A stretch of 58,113 bases of DNA, filler included, from Catajapyx aquilonaris (GCA_000934665.2; 3 parts of 3 records of this genome joined end to end with filler, not necessarily neighbours in it); one strand, 5' to 3'. Shown: positions 35,871 to 50,085, counted from the whole stretch's first letter. Translations and numbers: made by a program. Notes: generated by a model not told the origin, from the letters alone.

Positions 35871-36172
35871 CACCGAAGCAGTTTGGTGGAGTGGATAAGG
35901 TGTTCGACTGCTAATCGGGAGGTCCTGGGTTCGAGCCCTGGGGCTGGCAATCCTAACCGTGGTTTTCTGTGCTTTCCCACGGTCCCCCCAGAAGAATTCC
36001 GGGATTGCTTCCTAAATAATAGGCCACAGCCGCTTCCTTCCATCCCTATCCTATCCCAAAAGCGAAGTAAATGAAAGCAAAGAGTTCCAGTCAAAACAAA
36101 ATTGGGATGAACTCTCCCCCTTAAGAGCCACCGGCTGATAATGGGGTATGAATTATGAATATATTATTATTA
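35871..36172 (+). mobile_element. SINE family A, full length
   Basis: tRNA-like head (cgactGCTaatcg, GGTTCGAGCC); TSD TTATATCAACAAACT. Confidence 0.9.
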
Positions 36173-36258
36173 TTATATCAACAAACTATAGAAGGGTTAT
36201 ATGAACTTATAGGTTATAGGAAGGTGGATAGAGGAAGGTTATATATTGTGTATTATGG

Positions 36259-36841
36259 GTGACAAGCATTGGTGAGGAATGTTACTGTTCCCCAAACATG
36301 ATAACAGTGAGGGATTATGATCAGCAAGCTAGGAGATTGTGTGACAAGATAAAGGATACAAAGGGAAATAAATTGCTTGATCTACTAGAACAACGATCAT
36401 TGCAAGTAGTAAGTGGCACGTTTAAGGGGGATCGACTGGGTAACTATACTTCCTGCAGTGAACTGGGAAATTCTGTGATTGACTATGGGATTGTATCACC
36501 CGAATTATGGGATTGTGTAATGGATTTTCGAGTGGTAAATGTTGTGGGATCGGATCACTTTCCTATTATGCTGTCCCTAATAGAAGTAAGTACGAGGATT
36601 GATGTAAATCATAATGGTGAATTGGTGACATATGTAAAAATACCTGATGGAGGATTGGACTACCTGGTAAAAGTTCTGGATGAAACATTGGAACAGGTAG
36701 ACAGTGAGTTGGGCGTGCAAGAACTGGCCAAATTGTTAATTACGGAAATAAAAAATATTCTCCAAGAGGAAGATCTATTGAGAACACGGGATGATAGTGC
36801 GGTGGGAGTGTGGCTGGGAAATAAACAACCTTTCCATGTTC
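36259..36841 (+). pseudogene. LINE ORF2 apurinic endonuclease fragment
   Basis: G.KLL.L, GNYT, SVIDY and SDHFP motifs; truncated by the piggyBac-like insertion. Confidence 0.85.
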
Positions 36842-36845
36842 TTAA

Positions 36846-36981
36846 CCCTAACAAGACAGGTGGTTTTTCGCGTTTTTGCAAGTATCTGCAAAAAATTTGC
36901 TTTCGTTGGGGCTTGGGGGACGAGACTTGAAAACACTACTGAATAAGATCGTACAGTGTCCAGGCTTATAATAATAATAAT

Positions 36982-37024
<43 letters not shown>

Positions 37025-38002
37025 GATACCCCGTGATATGCCCCTTGGGCCTCTTAGGGGATCATCTTTTGAAAACCCGACTTTAATCATTTGCCTGAAA
37101 TGTGATGGATTTTGATAGTGGGAGGAAACGGGAGAACCCCGAGAAAACCCACGCGAACACGGAGAGAACCCATCGAAACTCTATCCACATAAGTATCCTC
37201 CGTCCGACCCGGGGATCGAACTCGGGACCTTAGAGGTGGAAGGCTGCGGCGCTAACCACTCGGCCACCATGTCGCCCACAGTGTCCAGGCTTAATCCTGA
37301 GGCCATCTATGTGACCCTCCTCTCATGCGTACGCAGTGGAAACTCTCATATGCAGAACAAGGTGGCGCAGAGTGGTATGTTTCGCGCCTACTCCAATTTT
37401 TTGTCACTCTGTCTGCTTGACAAAAAATTATTGGTATGTAGCCTGGGCATCGCTGAACAAAGCAGTACATAAGCACATAGCATGAATTACGGCACAGGCC
37501 TGCCAAGCGAGCTGTGTTGATCAACACACAACCTCTCACGAACGTAAACATCACAGCAGTTCATAAACAGCGCCGGGCATGCGCCCTGCATCAAGACGGA
37601 GGGCGGGCAGGAGTTGCGCAGAAGCCTGCCAGCCGCTAATTGGCATTTACGAACATTAGTTATTTATTTTAAAACTATTGAATCATCTTTTGCACTAATT
37701 TTAGGGTGGAATCTCTTGAGGTTTGGGGGCAACTATGTATGCCAAAAATTTGTCGGTCAAGGTCGGATTTTTTTTTTTAAGTTTTTTTTTCAGCGGCTTC
37801 AAAAAGATGATTTCATTCAAGTTAATCTGGTTTATTTATGCATGATTTTGTAGTCCAAAACTCGCGATTTTTTACGCGAGAGAAAATTTAAAAAGCCATA
37901 TAGAAACCACGTTACATAGTGGGAAAACGCTATAGTTTCGCCAGCAGAATTTTTTTAAAGCCAGCGTCACAGCATAATTATGTGACGCCCGTCTTATTAG
38001 GG
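36846..38002 (+). mobile_element. Non-autonomous piggyBac-like element
   Basis: TTAA-CCCTAACAAGAC...GTCTTATTAGGG-TTAA. Confidence 0.9.
36969..37277 (-). mobile_element. SINE family D nested in the piggyBac-like element
   Basis: 16-bp TSD ACAGTGTCCAGGCTTA; the empty site is visible in the paralogous copy near 6746. Confidence 0.93.
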
Positions 38003-38740
38003 TTAACTTCAATCTTTTTAAAAAGATTCCACTTTGGATACACCAGTTCGGAGGAGGGATGAGGGTGAAACTTTGTGAGTATGCTGTAGTAGTGTCAGAA
38101 TTTGCAAAGAACTACTATAAAAACGGGAAAGGATTGGTGATATGTACGTAATAACAGCTAACATGGCAAGTCGTCTCACAACCAAAGTAACTCTTCGTAC
38201 CCTCCTGAATTTTGAAAATTTTTGGATTTTCTAATTCTGCTTGGCCTATAGTGTTGAGAAAACATCACCTCCGCTGCTAATTTTCACTTTAGCAGAATTA
38301 AAATACAGCCAGAGGGGATGTTCTGAAGCCACAACACCTGCATCCGGTCGCGAGTCGCCGGTCCTGGCTGCCTGATTGCAGTCGCCTTTCACCGAGTCTG
38401 TAGGTCTCTCCGGTGCCGCGGAGGAGAAGGGTCATCTCGCACACTTTGAAGTTGAAGGCGATTATAATAATGGAGAGCCACGACCCAAGGCTCTCTATTA
38501 CTTGCTCTGATCTGAAAATATTGGGACACCCCCAAAAAATGGAGTGGTGGGGTTATACACAGGATGTGATAAAAAGTTTCCACTAAGATTATCTGGACTT
38601 TAGAATGGATAATTATGAATAGTAACAATTGAGCTAGGAGGAGACCAAATTTGAAGTTAATTTGACAGTTAACAACTGAAATAAATACGATTATACCTTG
38701 GACAGTGAATTTCTGTGGGGTCTGGTAAAAATTGCTGCCA

Positions 38741-38840
38741 NNNNNNNNNNNNNNNNNNNNNNNNNNNNNNNNNNNNNNNNNNNNTTAATTAATTAANNNN
38801 NNNNNNNNNNNNNNNNNNNNNNNNNNNNNNNNNNNNNNNN
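38741..38840. other. Artificial join spacer (N44-TTAATTAATTAA-N44)
   Basis: Same structure as 19356-19455. Confidence 0.95.
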
Positions 38841-39019
38841 CAAATACACTGGCGATTTCAGTGGTAAGGAGTGGAAATTACCACTAAATTTGAGTTAAAA
38901 ATTTTCACTCCTTGGAAGGAGTGGTTTTCACTCAAAAGGACTGGGTTGCATTTCAAGTGGGAGAAAGAGTGAAAAACCGCTCCAATAGAGCGGAAAACCA
39001 CTCGAAAATTTTTAGCGTG
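38841..39019. repeat. Probable MITE end with repeated GAGTG/CACTC motifs
   Basis: Motif repeats; ends ttttagcgtg. Confidence 0.4.
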
Positions 39020-39867
39020 TATTCCCAATCAGGGGTGAGCATGTTTGTGTTTCACCAGATGACAGCATCCCTCACTTTGCTCCTTAATGGACTTTGTCCG
39101 TGGGAAGATCTGCTGGGAACCCCACAAAAATTGCACGGAAATTGTTGCCCGGAATTTACCAATATAAACAATTAGTTGGGGACATGATGGGTACAGCATG
39201 TGATCAAATCAAATCAAATTCGGCTGGTATATGTGTGGGGTGGGTGAGGTGGGAGGTGGGAGGGAATGTTTCCGACCCTCCCCAACTTTCACAACAAGCA
39301 AACATAATTATAACGCTATCACGGACCCACTGCTGTATAGCGGGCCCCAAAAACAAAACAGAAACGAGCTGGCAAATAACATGATTGTCACATACCGAAA
39401 AGTCCCATCAGTCTCAATCAGGCAACAGCACAGAGAGGGGTGGTTGAGGGAGGGAGGAGGGGGATGTACAGAGAGAGAGGAGGGGTAGGGGGGGGGGNTA
39501 TACCGGGCACAGCAAATCCGCGTAATTATGCTTTCTGCAATTTTCACCCCTTGCTGGCCGCAAAATTAGGAATCATATTTGTCACAAAGTGTTACGCATT
39601 GGTAAATCTGCGCTGGATTGGCAAAACATGTCCCAAATTGCAACCGTACAGGGTCGTTTCTGCCAAACGAATTGCGGTTTTTTAAATTATCTGCAGCTTG
39701 GTAAATCTGGAAAACTATACGTATATACTAATCCCATTATTCTGTCTGTCTGCGACTCATGGGCTAAGGAAGTAGTTTTGACTTTCCCCGTTCAACAATT
39801 AGAAATTTGGCGGTCAGAGAGATTGGGACCCACTTCAATGGAGGCGAGACACGCGCTGGTTATACCA

Positions 39868-40036
39868 CCCTGGTGGGCTTTGTCCGCGCGGTGACTCATC
39901 ACCAACGTGCATGTAGTACTATACTTTCCCCATGAGAGCGGCAGTAGTGGGCATATGAAGAGCATATGCGCCAACTGGTAGTAGCACATCGCACTACGTC
40001 CAAGTTGTGGGGTGGGCCAGGCAGTGTTGCCAAAAT
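39868..40036 (+). repeat. Dispersed repeat, copy 1 (copy 2 at 54715-54881)
   Basis: ccctggtgg.ctttgtccg.gcggtgactcatcaccaacgtgcatgtagtact...gcagtgttgccaaaat is shared. Confidence 0.8.
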
Positions 40037-41293
40037 TTGGCTATAGCACACCACGGATTGATAATAATTTTTAGGCTTAAAACAGTTGGAGCAACGTTAT
40101 GCGCAGGTGTCAGTGGCGACCGAGTTTTATTTTTTTCCTTTTTTCTTGTCCGCGTGACCTCGATGCGACAACACCCAAGTTGGCGAGATAAATAATTGAA
40201 GAGGCTTTCGGGCCCAGAGAGAGGCTGAGATTGACTTAGGCCTGTAGTTAAGACTGTTGCAGGATGACGTCTGTATGGATGTCGCGTTCCCTCTCCCATC
40301 TTTTTTCCTCCTTCTCTGTCTCTCTCTGCCCATTTCCTCTCTCTTCCTCTTTCTCTCTCTCTACCCATCACAGCATCCAAGCCAAGAGACCAAAAAGCCC
40401 ATCTCGGCAGCAGAGACCTCTGGCTAAACAAGCGGAATCTAATTTGTCGGAGGCGACGAAAGCGACTCGCGGCGACGCTTCTCTCAAAAGAGCCCGGAAT
40501 TGGGTAGGGGCGCCCCAAAAAGGTGCAAAGAGAGACGGCTTCCCCTTTCATCTTCGCCGACTCTCGCCCAGCACAACTCAGGAGCTGCCTCAAATCCCCC
40601 ACCCACACTATACACAGCACACCCACCCACACCCACAGCACAAGGTGTTCCATAATAATTCTGACAAACTTGTGAATATATAAGCACGCACTTAATGTCC
40701 GTCAGCAGCGCAGGACATTATGAGACACCCGGTGTGTGATATATATAGATATACACACACACATACATCAGGGAATTTTCATTCCTTCACAAGCCTTCCT
40801 TCATCGTGATTCCGGGCAGGGGACGATCGTAAAAATTTCATTTCCAATTTATACCGAGTCGAGCTCGGGCCCAAGTTAGCACGGCGCGTGATTGTCGCTC
40901 TTTTGGCCATTGATGGCGGAAATATGGCGTCGAGATATTTACGTACTCGCACGCATTGCCCCCCCCCCCCTTTGTGTCCCGATTCGTGATGGCGCACGTG
41001 CAATAAATGCCTTGAGTAATATATACCTTATCTAGCAGAATCACCAACAACAACTATAAACACTTAGGCTGTGGCGTAAAAATTATGCGTATATGAAACA
41101 ACTCGCATCAGAATAAGGAACAAAAAAAGTGCATATTTTTAATCGTTTAGTGCACGGCTGCATATACAGTACATGTATGTACTGTACACAGTTCCATGCT
41201 GTACACATCAACTCAACACGTGGTAAATTAGTAATTAGCACCATGTTCACAACATTTTCTTGCTAATATAGTCATCACCACACGCTTCACCCG

Positions 41294-41323
41294 TTATTAT
41301 TATTATTATTATTATTATCATCA

Positions 41324-41375
<52 letters not shown>
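41294..41375. repeat. (ATT)n/(ATC)n microsatellite
   Basis: Read directly from the sequence. Confidence 0.95.
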
Positions 41376-41376
<1 letters not shown>

Positions 41377-44300
41377 GGCGATGCATATTATAGGCGTTAC
41401 ATAACACTGAATGATTCACCGAATTTTCAACGATGCTAACTGATATGTTGAACTCATTTTTGGGGGCCGGCAAAGCCCCAAAAATTCCCCCTGGTCCTAT
41501 GCGCCTCCTAAGTAGGCATCTCTGCTTCTCAAGAGAAGTGCAAGGGTTACCTACCCGCCAGGATAAAAAACCCCGCAGCACTGAACGAGTTTTGTGACAA
41601 TTTGGGGGGCGATTCAATTACTTTCTCCAGCAATTACTTTGCGACAAGTACAGTTGGTTGCGTCAAAATGAGAGAAGAAGAAGAAAAAAAAAGCGCAAAG
41701 GTTGGCAAGCGTGTGTTTGTTTCGGCGTCGGCTGTCCCCCGTATAATTCTCGTCTCTTGATGAGGAGCAGGAAGCAGCGGCGTCGCGACGCCAAACGACG
41801 ACAAGCACAACACTATATAGGCAAAAGTCCCTTCTCTTCCAATCCTGTTGGTGCGCGACGTGTTAATCTCTGGGAATTAGCGGCCTGGTTGGGCTTTAGG
41901 CAGGCTTCAGGATTGATGGCCCCCGATTGGATGCTGTGCTGTGCTGGGGAGAGGAAAAGGGGAAAAGGAAAAGGCCATGCAGAGTGTGGACACACACACA
42001 CACATACAAAGTCTGAGCTGTTACAAAAGCAATTGTTGGCAACAATAACCGAACCGAATGCTCTTTTTTTATTGCGCCTTTTTCTGATGGTAAGACGCCA
42101 ATAGATAAATCGGTCTCCCTCCCCAAAAAATCAGGGCGTATTGCAAACTTCGGAATCGAGCATGATGGCTGCCTGCTTGCAACGACATGATCCTGTGGGG
42201 TATATGGGCCGAGAATAAAACCGGATTCCGCGATTGAAATGTGGCAAGAGACGGATCAATTCCGTCTCCAGCATTGCAAATGGCCGCATAAACAGGTCGT
42301 TCCCTCAAAAAAAAAAACCCTTCCTTTCACTTCCCCCCTCAAAAAAGTCGACCCATTTTTAGCAAAGCAATACAACAAGTACAGGGTGTTGGCACGTCTT
42401 TTTGTTCGTGTCTGATGGCCCCCGTCCTCATCAGGTCGTTTTTTTTCGGCCAAAAGGTTTTCCGGTTCGTTAGTCCGGTCCTAAATAGCGTCCCGGTTGC
42501 ACTTGTGGACGTCGGAAGGGGGAGGAGGAGTAAGGGGGGGGGAAAGAAGGAAAGAAGGAGGGGGGGATATTAAAAGAGGAAGAAGAGGACTCAGGTTGTT
42601 GGAGGGAGAGACTGACTCATGGCTGCCTCATGCAAGATGCATGAGAAGAGAGATGCTGGGGGGGAGAAAAGGAGGGTTCAGAGATGGCGGTTTCACTGAG
42701 GTTCCGATACACTATATATAAGTACACACCTAACATACATGTGTCCAGTGAATCAGTGACAGGTGTCCTGAAACTATATTGTTCTGCTTCAGCCTTGTTT
42801 GTTGCGAGGAACGAGTCACATTGGGACAAAGTGGAAACAATGGCGACATAAATTGGAGGAGAATTCGGGGAGGTCTAAAATGTTACGTTTTACATCGCTT
42901 TCCGGACCATTTTTCAGGACGAATCCTTCGTTTTGGGGGGGGGGGNGGGGGGGAGAGAGAGAGAGAGAGAGAGAGAAAAAAAAGGGAGAGTTTTCATTCG
43001 ATAAACCACGTCTTCTGCTTTCCATAATTTCGTTCCATCCAGAGCACCGTCATGCGTTTCAATTTTACGGTACATAAATTATACTTCCCCCGATGAATCT
43101 CTCTTTTCTCTCGTTTTTTAAATGGAGTGTACACACACTCACTCACAGAACATGTCTAAATATATATGACAAAGTTCGGTGCATTAAAGAGTGTCTGTAT
43201 ATGGCAGGCTGAGCCAAAGGATATAAATCATTACATTTCCTGTTTTTCGGAGAATTCTCCGCCCTTCCCTGCACTGCCTCTTATTCTCATTGGTGCATCC
43301 AACAGGGTGGCCCGAAAATTGGGCGGATATTCGCGTATATCCGCACGTAACCGAAATTACTTTGGAGTCCCTGACAATCAGTTGATGTGGTGACAACCAC
43401 AGCTGGTGACAGGCTTATTGTAACCCAGACTGGTGATGGAAAATCGGCGTGACAGCGGCTTCCATTGTTACTGTGCTGTTTATAGTTGTTTTTAAAACCA
43501 GGAGCGCAAAAATAATATTTAATGAACAAATAATATTATGGATTATTTTATCATTAAATTGTTTCAATTGTACGGGCCATTTACACAGGGAGAAGGCGAA
43601 TTGAGTAAATAATGATCGGATTTGGTGGGAAATTGAGAGAACCATTTTCTGGTCCAGGTTCCAGAAGCTGATGAAAATCTTTTTCCCTCCCCATCCTGCG
43701 GCCCTGGTCTTAAGCCCATCCGAGGCATAAAAACCCCCTTGGAAAAGCTTGATCCGTGGCTTCCGACAAGGAGCTTTTGTTTCGCAGCATCATTTGTCAT
43801 TTTGTCTCTCTCTCTCTCTCTCTTTTTTGGAGGGGGGTCCTCCTTGCTGCCTCTGGGATATGGAAGCACCACGGTTGCCACGTGACCTCCTTGGGTCATG
43901 GACGATGGGCAGCATTGTCCAGGCCACGTGGCAACCTGCGATGTTGCCCAGGGGTCATCCTCTGCTATACCGTGGACAATGTTGATTTATGGTCGCTGCA
44001 ACTTTAGGTTCCGGAACCAAAGTGTCCTGCAGCTGACGTCACCAGGGCCTTGATTATGCTTGGCTCTGTTCGACTATAGAGTCTATGTCCGCGCATAATT
44101 TTGCAGGCAGGCCGTGGTCACGCTCGTTCATCCCTTGCCACAAACAGAATCATGGTAATGCAATATCGTCGGCACCAGCACGACTCTACCATCACGCCGT
44201 AAATGAATCAGCAACCCAGGGTTGCTGCCTACCGACACCCTCCTATGTACTACATACATACCTATATATAATTATGTGAAAGCTACATAACTGATATAAA

Positions 44301-47300
44301 GTTGCCAATTCGTTGTGGGGGGGTTTTACCGGCTGGTGCATCGTCTACATTGGGGGATATGTGTCCCTAGGGTGCACTCTTCTCCGTCCGTCCCATTTCC
44401 ATCTGATCCTGCTGGAAAAAGACCCTCGCCATCTTGGCTCCTTCTTTGCCCTCAGCTTATATATCCCTCTCTGACCAATCACTTTGGCCTCTTCCTATTT
44501 GCGCCAGGCCCATTTGTGCCAGTGCGCGGGCCACTAATTCAAACCCTCATTTCAGATGGACCCCACATCTAATCGCGTTCAAGGATAAGCAATTCCTGCG
44601 ACGTCACAATTGATACGAATCAAGCTCATTTACAAACATGTCCACAGCTTAAAAATTAATTAGCAACTTTTCAGGGTAACAACCTGATCGCATTTTTTTT
44701 TCTTGATGTAATTTTGGCGAATAATTTTGGGCTACATAACTGGCAGTTTCTGTTGATTTTCGGTTACACTGGCAGAGTTGTAGAGATGATGAGATGAGAG
44801 GGATGCTGCGGGAGAAAGAGGACCTCCCTCGCCATCTGTGAAGGGAAGCTGGAACTGGCGGGATAAACTGGCTTTCGGGATGGCAGCAGGTGGGGAGGGG
44901 GTTTTTCGAAGCCGGCATTACACACACACACAAAAAAAAGAACAGGTTCTTTGCTACATGTTCTAAAAGGCAAACTCTTTGTTCCAAAAGTCCATTCATT
45001 CATCTCATGACGTCCGTTGGGAACGAATTATTTAAAAAAAAAACTCTTAACAATGAATCGGACACTTTCTGCCATTTTCTTCACAGGTTGTGAGTGTATA
45101 TGCAACTGCAAATTGGCAAAGCCACAATAACGTGCAGGTTGCCTGAAATATTAGTTGGAGTACGTAATATATCGGATTCTAACACAGCACTGTATGTCAC
45201 TCTGAATATTTTTGCAAAACAAATCGTCACACCCGTGCCTTTACAACTATAAATGGCGCTGATTTTTTTTTGCCAGATTCTGCGAAAAGTTCTTTGTGTT
45301 GAATTCAATGCGGAGGCACCACTGGGGTGTTAATTATGCCCTGTTTTAATCCCTCCTTTTGCTGCTGCATCTTCGTTCCTCCTTTTGCCCTTTCCTTATT
45401 CCTTTCCTCCTTCATCCTATACTTCTCTTGCGGCGCCTCAACTCGACGTGTCGGGCCGGTCGGTAATGTGTTAATTAGGGCCGGTAAACCGCCCGCCCCC
45501 CGGACAATAACAGATGATGCTCCCCCCTTTACCCGGCACTAATTAATTTTCGCAATTAACAACAAATGCGGCTGCTTATCATCTTATGATGGATTTAGCC
45601 CATATGAATATGCATGAGCACTTGATGATAACGATACTCGGGAGGACTGGGGGAGGCGAAGCGGGGAGAGGGAAGGGGGGGGGGTTTGCAGGCTTGCTAG
45701 TTCGCCCCCCCCCCCTCGAAAACTCCCTTTTCACCACCCCCCTCAAAACCCCCTATCCAAAACCACAACTCCTGTGTGCTTGTTGACGACTGACAGGTGT
45801 GGCTATGGGGACCGCACAATATCTTTTGCACCAATTTTTCCCCCGCAAAAGGGTACTCGCGAAATTCGGCTAATTCGCATCGCCAATTTTGAACCTCGAT
45901 ATGGAAGGGGTTGCATATATATATATATTTCCACACCTGTTTTCCTTCCCATGTATCGGACGCTCTGTTTCCTTTCCGCGAAATAACATTTCGAACCGGC
46001 AGAGTGGGGGCGCAGGTGTATATATAGTCAGAGACCCTAAACTTTTGGCATCTGCTCCGGTTCTCAACCCTTTTTTTTTGCTTTTTTGGGGGGGAGGTAA
46101 GGACGAAAAAATAATAATAAGTCGAGCAGATTTTTAAAAAAAAAATGGCGAATGTTTTTCCCATGGTGTTGGCAATCGGAGGCTGAGCTTACGGAGATTG
46201 CTTCCGTCTCATTCTGGGTCAACAATGAATGCAAAAAAAAGGAGATGGGGGGACATTTGCTATGATACACCAGAGGGGGGGCGTAGTTTTTTTTTAAGTA
46301 AGTCACGTGGACATCCGGAGAAACCGGAACATTTAAGAGATTGATGGCGGATGACTCCATCGCGTCCTCGGTGACGTTGCGTCATCTATACTGGCTCCGG
46401 ATACAGCTTTCTTCCCCCTCTTGTGTTTGTTCTCTCTTTTTTTATTATTATACTCATAGGCGGGTCGCTGGGGGGGGCGAAAGTTTTGTTGGGGAAAATA
46501 ATAAAAAGGATGCTTTTTTGTGCGGGCTTTGTTAAACGCTGCTGGCTAACTACTGCGGAACAGTTGACTTGGAAAGGTTCTCAACAAAAAGTACGGCCTT
46601 ATATGTGCATAGATATATGTCAACAATTTTGACATGAAAGTTTGGCAACGCAGCGTGCGTATGTAAACAATGAATTATTTCAGTTGGTATGCCTGCAGAC
46701 ACAGGGTGTGTCAAAAATTTCTCTGCCTTTTCCTCTCTCTCTCTCTCTCTCCAAAACCTAGTGAAGTCACGCTTTGTCGCGGAAGAAAAATGTGTTGGTT
46801 CCCCAGGAGAGATGCATCATGTACAAATTGACGTCCGAGCTGGAGTGTGTAGAGATCCGGTGTGGTATGGTGTGGGAGGATCCAGCTTGGATGCTGGGGG
46901 TGACATCTTTGGGAGAAAAATGGGTCGCAGGTTATAGGAGTATATATGGAAGGGAGGGGTAGGTGTTGAGCAGGCAAGTCTGCCTCTCCATTTATCTGAA
47001 GAGTGTTTCTCTCTGCTGGGAGGTCTATCTATCTATCTGTTTTTAGAGAGAGAGAAGAGAGAGAGAGAGAGAGATGAAGAGAGTTGGAGAAGAGAGAGAG
47101 AGCAAAAGCAGCAAGGCCCCAAAAGCCCCGCCGCCTGTCATCCGCAACGGCGCGCTTCTCCAGTTATTTGTATTCCGTCTCAATCCCTCCGAAAGCTTTT
47201 CCAAAGTTCATTTGCACTTCGCAGCTCCTCTCCCAGAGTTTCTCTCTCCAAGTTTCACTTTATTAAGAATCTCCAAGTTTGTCTTAATTATGAGAATGAG

Positions 47301-50085
47301 AGGCTGTGCGGCTTTTTCCCTTTGCCCCAAACTGGCAAAGTTTCCAGTTCGGTGGAAGGAAAGGGGGGGGAGGGGGAGGGGGGGAGGCAAAAGGAAGGAG
47401 TTCAAGGGAGGGAAGGAGGAGGACAAGATGGGGGGTGGGCCTAAGGAAGAGGCTTTTCAGATGCACCCTCTTCAAGACGGGGTTGACAAGACAACCTCAG
47501 CGGTGACTTTCAATATTGGACTTTCCGCCAACCAAGTCTCTTAAAGGGAAGCAACCAACATGCTGGGGTAAACAATTCGGTTTTAGCTCCGTTGCAACGA
47601 GTAACAATATATATTATATATAGTCTATGTTATGAGCCAGTACATGTATAACTTATATCAGAAGCAGAATGTATTAAAATAATTTTAACATCAGAATCAG
47701 CAACAATTACCAGGGGATCCGGACATAAAAGGGTTGAGATCTATTATAGTCTTGTACGTAAAATGCTAAGTGCTGCATTCATGAAAAGTGTATTAGGCAT
47801 ATTCGATGCTTGTGCCGAGTAGTAATGAGGTATAGTCTGCGTGTTACATAACCGTATAGAATTTTCTTGGAATATGTTTCATATACTGAATGTTATTGAT
47901 GCATGATGCACTTTGTTATGGAGAGGGAATTTACAGTGTAAAGGCGTGAATGTTACATTGACTCATCAGATATGTAGATCGCCTGCAACAATTCAATGCA
48001 TTGTTACCTAGAGTGTAAGGTATACGTGTTGCCCCAAATACATCAGCAGTGTCATCCCTTGCAATTCCTCCTGATTACATTGTTTATAGGGGGGAGTCGA
48101 GGAGCAGGGGATGGTTCGGAATTAAAATAATGAGAGGCATTTTGAGCAGGTCGGCTTGTGGCATCCCCTCCCTCCCTCCCCTCCTCTCCCTCCAAGCAAA
48201 AAGAAGACCCGCGGTGATTAATAATTGGGCTGCAAGTCTCGACAGGCGCATTAATACGCGTCCCAAACCACAAACGTTCCCTGAATTCCTGGCATTTTCT
48301 TGTCGGCAGTCGCCAAGGTGGTCCTTCCTCCAAACACACGACACGTCACGACACACAAACTATACTCCAAATATTCAGATTTACTTACCAGTCATATCTT
48401 AAAATATATTTATGCAACAACATAGTTTGCTTAGGCTGCGTGTGATGCTGACGGGGGTGCTTTGGCTTTATATACACACAGAGCGCCGAGGAGTAGCTAC
48501 CTGTTGAAAGTCCCCGTTGCTGGTTGGCGTCGCTCTGCATTCATGCCCACGCGGCCCTTTTCCTCTCCCATCATTCCAGACAACTACTCCAAACGCCATT
48601 TATCCCCAAAGAGAACCAGAGCTCGCACATCGTTACCTTTTGCTCACAAACCCGCCCCCCCATCCACCACTTCAATCTTATATAATGGAGGCTATATAGC
48701 ATGCTTTTATGCCCGGCACTTGTATCGCAATTATGAGGCTGTCAAAAAAAAAACTCTGCCACATTTCCCTACTTATGGGTCCCATGACGCTCGTCGATGT
48801 GACGTCGCCTCCAATAATAAATAAATAAGCCGGCCTATCTTATGCTACTGTGTGTCAATCGTGACAAAACTGCGCGACCTCCGCATCTTTACGAGCATCT
48901 CAGAACCGGTTATTTCCATTGCGCGGTCCTGATGCATTATATCTCTGCAATCACTCGTGTTGGGTAAGACCAGTAGTGTATATAGAAAGGCGCAGGATCT
49001 TATGTGTGTGGAGGCGGCGAAAGTTGCATCTTATTAAAAATTATTGTTTTTAGCATCAGTTTCATTTGGCTGCGAACTCGACCTGCTGCATTAATGTGGA
49101 GATACACCCAGAGAGGATGAGGAGGGAAAAAACCCAATCTTGGAATAAGTCGATATTTCCGCAATCTTTTGAATATGCAATGTGCAGCACTCTTGAAGAA
49201 GCCAACCCACCTCATATTTAGCCCCCTTCCCCCCTAGCTCCTCTCCTTCCCGAAGACGCTGTATATACCAACGTTATGGAAATTGACCAGCTTCCTTGCA
49301 ACGAAACAGCGGGTTAGAGATTAATTAAAAAACGAACCTACTTCAACCTATACCCGGTGCAGCCGTTTTGTATCAACAAAGTAAAACACATCAAAAAGTT
49401 CAGATAAGATCCGGACCTCTTTTTGCAAATTGCTGGCCGATAATCCCGTGGTGTTTGTCCACCCAAAAAAAACTCACTATACGTTAATAAGGACGATCGA
49501 GCTGATTTAAATTATTAAAGATTAAATGGACATCACAGCATAATGTATCCTGCATAATGGCATGAAATAGTAGGATTTTGCAGGGATGAGAATGATTACA
49601 GAGACTGCATCACTGGGTATATAAACTGGGAATGGCTGCTGGAGCAGTAAATATTTGAGCGGGGAGAGGAGGGGCAGAGGTTGAGATAGATAGACAGAGA
49701 AGCAGAGGAGGGTTAGTTGAGGAGGAGGGCAGGGATGATGATGTTGATCCAAGGAGTCGTCAGAAGCGGGTTAGGAATGGTTGGAAGGAGGAGGAGGCCT
49801 TGGGAGAGTTTCTTACGGAAGTGAACAAATATTGTCAAATCGGCCAGCCCCTTTCTCTCTCTCGAACCCCCCCACCGCATGGCAATCAGCCTAATATGAA
49901 TTTCATATCCGAGGAGCTCCGATGCAAAAACACAAGCCCCAGCATCCCTCTCAAAACCATCTCTTGATGAATCGAGATAACCCCCACCTTGCTTGTGTTG
50001 TGCCAAAGTCCAATGAAGGGACGTTTAGTAGACGATCTGCGTCTATAATCATAGTTGACGTCTTCTATCACATTCAGCCCTGGAG

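Noticed and set aside
35871..35945. Functional tRNA genes (here and in other SINE heads)
   Set aside because: Imperfect cloverleaves fused to bodies and tails with TSDs, in multiple diverged copies: these are SINEs.
47882..47900. TATACTGAATGT resembling miR-iab-4
   Set aside because: The 5' seed and 3' end differ, and there is no complementary arm.
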